From Betaproteobacteria bacterium (GTDB lineage: Bacteria; Pseudomonadota; Gammaproteobacteria; Burkholderiales; Burkholderiaceae_A), in contig JAGWWC010000004.1 of the NCBI GenBank assembly GCA_018970545.1, forward strand, positions 828-64,827: 64,000 bases of DNA, read 5' to 3'. Below, one piece after another: positions 9,695-17,097 of this stretch. The notes beneath the pieces were generated by a model. It had not been told where the DNA came from. It worked only from the letters and a program-made list of their open reading frames with translations, and searched no databases. Position 1 is the stretch's first letter, and each line of letters begins with the position of its first letter. A program made the position numbers and the translations under genes.

Positions 9695-10237
9695 TTGAAA
9701 CCGCCTGACCCGATTGCTATCCGGCCGCTTTTGCCCAAAGACGCGCTCCTGCTGGAAGACTTCTTGTCCCAGCTCTCCGACGAAACGCGCTATCTGCGAT
9801 TTTTGGCCATCATCCGCCGTTTTACGCCTGAGCAGCTCGAACATCTGACCCACATTAGGCCCGATCGGGATATGGCGCTTGCCGCCGTGACTTCCAATCA
9901 ACGCGGCGAGGAAATCGTGGGCGTGGCCCGATATGCGGGCCTATCGGACCCCCGCAAGGCGGAGTTTGCGCTTGTGGTTCGCGATGACCTTCAGGGCCAC
10001 GGCATTGGCACTGAACTCATGCAGGCGTTAATTGAAATTGCGCGCAACCAGGGCCTTGCGTGTATTGAAGGCCTAGTTTTGGCGACGAATCACAAGATGC
10101 TTGAGCTCATGTCGCATCTGGGATTTCAGGTCATGCCGGATGCACAGGATCCGACCATGCGCCGGGTGCTGCTCGATCTCGAAGTGCATGCATCCGCTAA
10201 CGCGGAAGCTAATCCTGATCTGATCTCTTCTCTTTAA
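9695..10237 (+). CDS. Stand-alone GNAT acetyltransferase resembling the GNAT domain of Pat/YfiQ
   Basis: LSDETRYLRF, IVGVARY, AEFALVV, QGHGIG and N..ML.LM..LGF motifs; start at TTG 9695 is inferred (ORF is open from 9635). Confidence 0.8.
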   Translation: MKPPDPIAIRPLLPKDALLLEDFLSQLSDETRYLRFLAIIRRFTPEQLEHLTHIRPDRDMALAAVTSNQRGEEIVGVARYAGLSDPRKAEFALVVRDDLQGHGIGTELMQALIEIARNQGLACIEGLVLATNHKMLELMSHLGFQVMPDAQDPTMRRVLLDLEVHASANAEANPDLISSL

Positions 10238-10640
10238 ATTCGCCATCAATGACGCGGTGATCGAAACGGCCCGCCCTTCCCCAGACGCGGACCTGACCAG
10301 TCGCAATCGATACAAGCGCACCCACCACGGAGATTGCCAATGCGCACAACACACCCATCCAAAAGCCTGCGATCTGAAAACCTGGAACCATCTGGGCAAC
10401 CCCCAATAAGACCAAACCGTTAAACAAAGGCAGTGCCAGGCCAAACGAAAACAAGGTCAGCGGAAGTGCAATCAGCAGCAGCAAGGGCTTGAGCGTCAGG
10501 CTAAACACAGCCAATACGAGTGAAGCCAACAGCAGGCTCTCCGGGCCGGAAAAACTCAGCCCATCAAGAAGGCCATCGACAATCCAGAGGGTCAGCGCGG
10601 TGCTCAGCCAGAGCAAAAAGAAACGTTTTAGGGCCAACAT
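10209..10640 (-). CDS. 4-TM membrane protein, YvlD/phage holin superfamily IV-like
   Basis: Hydrophobic; KPLLLLIALPLTLFSFGL..NG and PGF.I.GFW motifs. Confidence 0.8.
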   Translation of the reverse strand: MLALKRFFLLWLSTALTLWIVDGLLDGLSFSGPESLLLASLVLAVFSLTLKPLLLLIALPLTLFSFGLALPLFNGLVLLGVAQMVPGFQIAGFWMGVLCALAISVVGALVSIATGQVRVWGRAGRFDHRVIDGEFKEKRSDQD

Positions 10641-10804
10641 TGGCGAATTATCGATCACGAAACGCGCACAGAGTGCAAACTTCGCGTAGACTTCTGGTGT
10701 TGTTATCGCCCCTCTCTGCCTTTCCCGCCTGTCGCTTCACTGACAACCATGCCCGGAATCTGCTTGAGAGCTGATTCCCTCTGTTGTCTTTTTGAAAGCA
10801 CCGA

Positions 10805-12127
10805 TTGAAAACTTTTGCTGACCTCGGCCTGGCCGATCCCGTTTTGCGCGCGGTCAATGCGCAGGGCTATGCCCACCCAACCCCAATCCAAGCTGCCGTT
10901 ATCCCCGAGATGATGGCAGGCCGCGATGTCATTGGTATTGCCCAGACGGGTACCGGAAAGACCGCATCGTTTGTATTGCCGATTCTGCACGGCCTCGCCT
11001 CCCAAAAGCTTGGCCCTCAGAAATTTTCAGGCGCAGGTCCAAAGGCCTTTCGCCATTTAATTCTCGCGCCGACTCGCGAACTCGCACAGCAGATTTCGGA
11101 AAACATTCGCACCTACGGAAAATTCATGCGGCCGATGGTGGGCCTTGTCGTGGGGGGTGCAAATCCGATGCCGCAAATTAAGGCGCTAGCAGCGGGCTTG
11201 GATATCGTGGTGGCGACACCGGGCCGGCTTTTGGATCATTTGCGTGCCGGAAAGGCGCGACTGGATAAAACCACAACCATCGTGCTCGATGAGGCCGATC
11301 AGATGCTTGACCTGGGCTTTATGCCCGCCATTCAAGAGATTCTTCGTGGCGTCGGTCCAAATCGGCAAGCCCTGCTGTTATCCGCCACCATGCCGCAGCC
11401 CATTCGCGTACTCGCCCAGGAATTTATGAAAGCGCCGCGTGAAATTGCGGTCGCAGCTGTCTCAAAGCCCATCGAAGCCATCGAGCAAGAAATCATCATG
11501 GTCGATCAGTCGCGTAAAAGCGATTTACTGGTGGATTTGCTGGCGACCCGCGACGTCGAGCGTGCAATTGTCTTTACTCGTACCAAGCGTGGCACCGACA
11601 AAGTTGAGCGCATGCTCAATGATGCTGGCCTGCGCTCCATCGGACTTCACGGCGACAAATCACAAGGCCAGCGCAATAAGGCCCTTGCACAATTTAAAGC
11701 AGGCACGAGAAAAATTCTGGTCGCCACGGATGTGGCTGCGCGGGGTCTGGATGTCAGCGATGTCTCCCATGTGGTGAACTTCGACATGCCCACAATTCCA
11801 GAGTCCTATGTGCACCGCATTGGCCGAACGGGCCGCGCCGGCCGAAGCGGAAAAGCCATCTCACTATGCGACCGCTCAGAGCGCAATTTGTTGCGTGATA
11901 TCGAACGCCTTACCCAGACTGCGTTGGCACCGATTTCCTCCACCAATTCGAGCGAGGCCTCCCCGCGCTTTACGCTGATTCCTGCACCGGCCCAGGCCCA
12001 GCGGGCTGCGCCACGAGGTGGCCAGCCACGCCAGCACCCGCGATCCGGAGCCCGGCCGTATTCGCCGGCGAAAAAACGGGCCCAAAAAGGATTCGCACAA
12101 CGTCGGAGTGCTGCCGCCTCGAGCTAA
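10805..12127 (+). CDS. rhlE: DEAD-box RNA helicase (RhlE-like)
   Basis: Q motif, AQTGTGKT, PTRELA, TPGRL, DEAD, SAT, ARGLD and HRIGRTGR; basic C-terminal tail; TTG start with a GAAAG RBS. Confidence 0.92.
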   Translation: MKTFADLGLADPVLRAVNAQGYAHPTPIQAAVIPEMMAGRDVIGIAQTGTGKTASFVLPILHGLASQKLGPQKFSGAGPKAFRHLILAPTRELAQQISENIRTYGKFMRPMVGLVVGGANPMPQIKALAAGLDIVVATPGRLLDHLRAGKARLDKTTTIVLDEADQMLDLGFMPAIQEILRGVGPNRQALLLSATMPQPIRVLAQEFMKAPREIAVAAVSKPIEAIEQEIIMVDQSRKSDLLVDLLATRDVERAIVFTRTKRGTDKVERMLNDAGLRSIGLHGDKSQGQRNKALAQFKAGTRKILVATDVAARGLDVSDVSHVVNFDMPTIPESYVHRIGRTGRAGRSGKAISLCDRSERNLLRDIERLTQTALAPISSTNSSEASPRFTLIPAPAQAQRAAPRGGQPRQHPRSGARPYSPAKKRAQKGFAQRRSAAASS

Positions 12128-12129
12128 AG

Positions 12130-12219
12130 TGGCGGAAGCGGTGAGATTCGAACTCACGGAGGACTTGCGCCCTCGCCGGTTTTCAAGACCGGTGCATTCA
12201 ACCGCTCTGCCACGCTTCC
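12130..12219 (-). tRNA. tRNA-Ser(TGA)
   Basis: GGAAGCGTGGCAGAGCGGTTGAATGCACCGGTCTTGAAAACCGG...GTTCGAATCTCACCGCTTCCGCCA; long variable arm. Confidence 0.97.
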
Positions 12220-12282
12220 ACGACTCCAAATTTTATCAGGGTATTGCCCAAGGCCGCCCAGTCGGCTGTGGCCGCGAATCTT

Positions 12283-12313
12283 GATATCGTCGTTGTCTTC
12301 ACACGACGATATC
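12283..12313. promoter_or_regulatory. Perfect 11-bp inverted repeat (putative operator)
   Basis: GATATCGTCGT-N9-ACGACGATATC, ending 4 nt before the dehydratase ATG. Confidence 0.65.
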
Positions 12314-12317
12314 CGTT

Positions 12318-14039
12318 ATGAGCAGTGAATCGAAATCGGGCCTTCGCCAAGGGCTAGTGAGTTACGGCGATCAGGACTTCTCGCTTTTTTTGCGAAAGGC
12401 CTTTATCAAGGGTGCAGGCTTCACGGAAGATGCGTTGAGTCGGCCCATCGTTGGCATCACCAACACCGGCAGCGGCTTTAATCCCTGCCACGGCAACATG
12501 CCGCAACTCATTGAGGCAGTCAAACGCGGTGTAATGCTCGCAGGCGGCCTGCCGATCGAGTTCCCAACCATCTCACTGCATGAGAGTTTCGCACGGCCGA
12601 CCAGTATGTTTCTGCGTAATCTCATGGCCATGGAGACCGAAGAGATGATTCGGGCTCAGCCCATGGACGCAGTGGTGCTGATTGGGGGCTGCGATAAAAC
12701 AGTTCCCGCACAGCTGATGGCGGCGGCGTCGGCAGAACTTCCTGCTGTTCAACTCATCACAGGGTCTATGCTCACCGGCGCCCATGCCGGCACGCGGGTT
12801 GGAGCGTGTACCGATTGCCGTCGCTACTGGGCAAAATTTCGAGCGGGCGAAATTGATCAGCAGGAAATTGATGCAGTCAACGATCAGTTAGTGGCCAGCG
12901 TTGGCACCTGCTCAGTGATGGGCACCGCAAGCACGATGGCCTGCGTCACTGAAGTCTTGGGCCTGTCGGTAGCAGGCGGTGCCTCGCCGCCTGCTGTGAG
13001 TGCTGACCGTATTCGGGCGGCGGAGTCTACCGGCAAAGCTGCGGTGGCATCAATCGCCCGACAGCTCACGCCCAAGAAAATTCTGACGCCACGGGCATTT
13101 GAAAATGCGCTGCGTGTGTTGCTGGCCATCGGCGGCTCGACCAATGCACTCATCCACCTCACGGCACTGGCCGGCCGGCTGGGAATCAAAATTGATTTAC
13201 AGCGACTGGATCGATTCGCCAGAGAAACGCCCGTTCTGGTCGATCTCAAGCCCTCGGGCCAGCACTACATGGAAGACTTCCATCATGCCGGGGGAATGCC
13301 CCGCCTGCTTCGCGAATTAAAGCCCTTGCTGCACTTGGACTGCCTGACAATATCTGGGGCGAGTCTCGGTGAACAAATCGATCGCGGGCCTGCACCATTT
13401 GCCCAGTCGGTAATTCGGCCGCTTTCTGATCCGATCTATGAGCAAGGCGGTCTCGCTGTCTTGTTTGGCAACCTCGCGCCGCTTGGCGCCATCATCAAGC
13501 AGTCTGCTGCCCGTCGTGAATTGATGCAGCACGAGGGCCGTGCCGTCGTGTTTGAAAATCTCCAAGATATGGCGGCACGGATTGATGCTGATGATTTAGA
13601 CGTTCAAGCCCATGACATTTTAGTGCTCAAAAATATTGGGCCTAAGGGCGCCCCAGGAATGCCGGAGGCCGGTGCCCTGCCGATTCCACGAAAACTGGCC
13701 CGCCAGGGCGTGACCGACATGGTGCGCATCTCCGATGGCCGAATGAGTGGCACGGCAGCGGGTACGGTTGTCTTACATGTCAGCCCCGAGTCAGCGGTTG
13801 GCGGTCCGCTTGGCCTGGTGCAGACTGGCGATCGAATTCGACTCGACGTTGCCGGCCGCGCGATCAGCCTGCTTGTTGAGGACAAAGAGTTAAAACGTCG
13901 CCAGGAATGTCAGGCTTTCGCACGACCAACCGCAGAGCGCGGCTATCGAAAACTTTTTCTTGATGCAGTACTCGGTGCTGATGAAGGAGCAGATTTTCAT
14001 TTTTTGCGGCCGCCAAATACCGAAACGATTCCAAGATAA
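12318..14039 (+). CDS. IlvD/Edd-family dehydratase (probably sugar-acid type)
   Basis: NPCH, GGCDKT, GTCSVMGTASTM, GGSTNA, GAPGMPE and SDGRMSGT motifs. Confidence 0.9.
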   Translation: MSSESKSGLRQGLVSYGDQDFSLFLRKAFIKGAGFTEDALSRPIVGITNTGSGFNPCHGNMPQLIEAVKRGVMLAGGLPIEFPTISLHESFARPTSMFLRNLMAMETEEMIRAQPMDAVVLIGGCDKTVPAQLMAAASAELPAVQLITGSMLTGAHAGTRVGACTDCRRYWAKFRAGEIDQQEIDAVNDQLVASVGTCSVMGTASTMACVTEVLGLSVAGGASPPAVSADRIRAAESTGKAAVASIARQLTPKKILTPRAFENALRVLLAIGGSTNALIHLTALAGRLGIKIDLQRLDRFARETPVLVDLKPSGQHYMEDFHHAGGMPRLLRELKPLLHLDCLTISGASLGEQIDRGPAPFAQSVIRPLSDPIYEQGGLAVLFGNLAPLGAIIKQSAARRELMQHEGRAVVFENLQDMAARIDADDLDVQAHDILVLKNIGPKGAPGMPEAGALPIPRKLARQGVTDMVRISDGRMSGTAAGTVVLHVSPESAVGGPLGLVQTGDRIRLDVAGRAISLLVEDKELKRRQECQAFARPTAERGYRKLFLDAVLGADEGADFHFLRPPNTETIPR

Positions 14040-14061
14040 AAACTGTGCAGAGTTAAAGGCT

Positions 14062-14982
14062 ATGGCCCACCATCCATCGACACTTCCCGCTGTTTTAGCG
14101 CCTGTTATCACTCCCTTTGATGTAAAGGGTGCGCCGGATGCCCAACGACTTGCGCACCAATGCCGATGGCTGCTGTCGCACCGAGTGGGCCTTGCCATCT
14201 TTGGCACCAATTCCGAGGCCAATTCAATGTCGGTTGCTGAGCGCATTCAGACACTTCAAGCGCTGATTGAGGCTGGCCTGCCCGCGGACCAGATGATGCC
14301 GGGCTCGGGTGCCTGCGCGGTGACCGATGCCATCACGCTCACCCGCGCCGCAGTCGAGGCGGGCTGTGCCGGCACGCTGACCCTGCCACCTTTTTATTAC
14401 AAAGATGTTTCTGATGACGGCCTGTTTGCCTACTTCGCCACCATCATCGAAGCCGTCGCCCACCCGAAGCTGCGGGTCTACCTCTACAACATCCCACCGG
14501 TGGCCAAGGTCGGCTTCTCGATTGCCTTAATTGAACGGCTGATCAAAGCCTACCCAAAGACCGTCGTGGGAATGAAAGACAGCTCGGGTGACTGGGCCTA
14601 TACCGAGTCTGTGATGCAGGCCTTTAACAGCACTGGATTTCGCATGTATGCCGGTGCCGAATCTTTTTTAATGCGGACTCTGCGCGCCGGCGGTGTAGGC
14701 TGCATTTCAGCCACAGCCAATGTCAATCCCGGTGCGATTGCTGGCCTTGCTGCCAATTGGCAGCAGCCTAATGCAGATCAGCAGCAGTCCGAACTGGACC
14801 GGGTACGTTCGGTCTTTCAGCGCCGCCCAATGATTGCTGCAATGAAAGCTGCTGTCGCCCGCTACAGCGGCGATGTGCAGTGGGCCGCAGTCCGGCCGCC
14901 GCTGGTGGCCTTAAGTCCCGCAGAGCGCGACAGCCTCTTGGCTGATCTCGATTCAATCGGATTTTCGATCCCGGGCCTCTGA
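14062..14982 (+). CDS. DapA/NAL-family class I aldolase or dehydratase
   Basis: TPF, GTNSE (variant of GTTGE), PPFYY, YLYNIP and Schiff-base KDSSGD; ATG at 14062. Confidence 0.85.
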   Translation: MAHHPSTLPAVLAPVITPFDVKGAPDAQRLAHQCRWLLSHRVGLAIFGTNSEANSMSVAERIQTLQALIEAGLPADQMMPGSGACAVTDAITLTRAAVEAGCAGTLTLPPFYYKDVSDDGLFAYFATIIEAVAHPKLRVYLYNIPPVAKVGFSIALIERLIKAYPKTVVGMKDSSGDWAYTESVMQAFNSTGFRMYAGAESFLMRTLRAGGVGCISATANVNPGAIAGLAANWQQPNADQQQSELDRVRSVFQRRPMIAAMKAAVARYSGDVQWAAVRPPLVALSPAERDSLLADLDSIGFSIPGL

Positions 14983-15897
14983 GATCTCGGCAGCGAGGAG
15001 CTCGCTTGCGGCAGCAAGCAGCGTTTCGTAGCGCTCCCGCTCGCTCGCAATTCGCTCGGGTGTCCAAGCATAAAAACCCCGGCCAGTCTTCATGCCCATC
15101 GCCCCCTCACTGACGAGGCGCGTCAGCGAAGCGCTGGGCCGGTCGTCATTGCAAAGGTCAGGATAAATCGATCCTGCAGCCGCATGATGGATGTCGAGCC
15201 CGGCATGGTCGCGCTGCAGGCAGGGGCCTGCAGCGAGATAACGAAATCCGAACCCAAACCGAACTGCTGCATCAATATCTTCAGCCGAAACAATGCCCTG
15301 ATCCATGAGGCTCAGGGCCTCGCGCGAGACGGCATGCTGCAGACGATTGACCAAAAAACCAGGCAGATCCCGCTTCACACGAATCGGTACCTTGCCCACT
15401 GCCCGAAGCGTATCGGCGACCGCGTCTGCAACCACGGGGTCGGTCTTGGCGGAACAGACCACCTCTACCCCCGGCACAAGATGGGCCGGCATAAAATAAT
15501 GCGTGCCCAGCATGCGATGTTGCGACTGAAGGCCCTGCCCAATACTGCTAATCGGCAGGGCTGAAGAGTTACTGCACAGTGGCGTCTCAGGCCGGGCCAG
15601 CAATTCAAGTTCTCGAAAAATGCTCTGCTTAATCGGCAGTGACTCCGGGGCCGCCTCGATCACCAAATCAATCCCGGCCCATTGCGCCTCAGAGAGTGCC
15701 CGCACCAAACCGGGCCGCCTACTGGCGGGCCTGCCAAGCCTGGCGATGGCCAAATCAAATCGGTCTTGGATCGACTCAAACCGGCTATCGACTGGGTTCA
15801 CAATCGTCACAGCCCATCCATAAATCGCAAATGAGGCGGCGATATCAACACCCATGGTGCCACCGCCCACAACCAACAAATGCCGCTCTGTATTCAC
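14953..15897 (-). CDS. 3-hydroxyacyl-CoA dehydrogenase family protein
   Basis: GGGTMG, EAAPE, SNSS, HYFMP..VEV and PGFLVNRLQ motifs. Confidence 0.85.
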   Translation of the reverse strand: MNTERHLLVVGGGTMGVDIAASFAIYGWAVTIVNPVDSRFESIQDRFDLAIARLGRPASRRPGLVRALSEAQWAGIDLVIEAAPESLPIKQSIFRELELLARPETPLCSNSSALPISSIGQGLQSQHRMLGTHYFMPAHLVPGVEVVCSAKTDPVVADAVADTLRAVGKVPIRVKRDLPGFLVNRLQHAVSREALSLMDQGIVSAEDIDAAVRFGFGFRYLAAGPCLQRDHAGLDIHHAAAGSIYPDLCNDDRPSASLTRLVSEGAMGMKTGRGFYAWTPERIASERERYETLLAAASELLAAEISEARDRKSD

Positions 15898-16038
15898 GCG
15901 CTGCCTCCCGCAAAAAACGTACTTTTCCAGGGGTTCCTAGTAGTTTTCCTAGGTCTTTGCAGGGCCAAACGACTTGAAAAAACAGACCCCACCTGAGACC
16001 CTCTCAACCTTCTGTGACCCACCTCAAAAGGACTATAC

Positions 16039-16989
16039 ATGCGCCTTCCTAAGCTTTTTGCCGCACTCGCTCTTGCGGCCTCCAGCAGCGTTTTCGCCCA
16101 GAACATCTCGATTGCTACCGGGGGCACCGGAGGGGTCTATTACCCTATGGGCGGCGGCCTTGCAGCAGTGCTCTCCAAGCATGTTGCGGGCATGCAGGCC
16201 ACCGCTGAGGTCACCGGCGGCTCAGTCGATAACCTGAACCTGATTGCCAGCGGCAAACCCTATGTTGGCTTCTCAATGGTGGATGCTGCTCTGGATGCTG
16301 CCCGCGGCGTTGATAAATTCACTGGCCGGAAAGTCGATCTGCGGACCCTTCTGGTGCTGTATCCCAACCGTATGCATGTCGTGACTGTGGAGTCCACTGG
16401 CATCAAGACGATGCGTGATCTAAAAGGCAGGCGGGTTGCAACCGGAAGCCCGGGCAGTGCCACCGAAGTCATGGCCCTGCGCTTAATTGAGGCTGCCGGA
16501 CTGGACCCGAATAAGGACATGACCCGTGAGCGTTTAGGCGTTGCCGAGTCCGTGAACGCGATTAAAGACAAAAAAGTTGATGCATTTTTCTGGGTTGGTG
16601 GCCTACCCACCGCAGCCGTGACCGATCTGGCCAGCACCCCAGGAACCAAGATCCGCATGATCGATCACGCTGAAGCCGTCGCCGCCATGAATAAAAAATA
16701 TGGCGACCTCTACTATGCCGATACTATTCCCCGTACCACCTACTCAGGAATGGATGCGGATAACAAGATCGCCTCGGTCGCCAACATTCTGGTGGTCAAC
16801 GCCAAGATGCCCGATGATCAGGCTTACAAGATCGTGAAGGCCGTCTTTGACCACCATAAGGATCTGGTTGCGGTCCACAAGGAGTACTCCAGCGTAACGA
16901 TCCCGAATCAGAAACAAGTCTCAAGCCCGATCCCCTTCCACCCCGGGGCGGTAAAGTTCATTCAAGAAAAGGGCGGCAAGATTAACTGA
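16039..16989 (+). CDS. TAXI-family TRAP transporter solute-binding protein
   Basis: Signal peptide (..SSSVFA), IATGGTGGVYY, GGSVDN, GSPGSATE and PFHPGA motifs. Confidence 0.92.
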   Translation: MRLPKLFAALALAASSSVFAQNISIATGGTGGVYYPMGGGLAAVLSKHVAGMQATAEVTGGSVDNLNLIASGKPYVGFSMVDAALDAARGVDKFTGRKVDLRTLLVLYPNRMHVVTVESTGIKTMRDLKGRRVATGSPGSATEVMALRLIEAAGLDPNKDMTRERLGVAESVNAIKDKKVDAFFWVGGLPTAAVTDLASTPGTKIRMIDHAEAVAAMNKKYGDLYYADTIPRTTYSGMDADNKIASVANILVVNAKMPDDQAYKIVKAVFDHHKDLVAVHKEYSSVTIPNQKQVSSPIPFHPGAVKFIQEKGGKIN

Positions 16990-17020
16990 CCGCTCAGACA
17001 TTCATCGCCCAAGTCAAGCT

Positions 17021-17052
17021 GAAAGCCCGCATAATGCGGGCTTTCGCTTTTC
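17021..17052 (+). terminator. Intercistronic hairpin or weak terminator after the TAXI solute-binding gene
   Basis: GAAAGCCCGCAT-A-ATGCGGGCTTTC followed by GCTTTTC. Confidence 0.7.
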
Positions 17053-17097
17053 AACCCGGCCCCTAAGTCTGGCCAGCGTAACCGCGAAAGTATCGAT

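Noticed and set aside
10209..10640. Holin-family gene as evidence of a prophage
   Set aside because: No endolysin, integrase or structural genes are nearby, and this family is commonly chromosomal.
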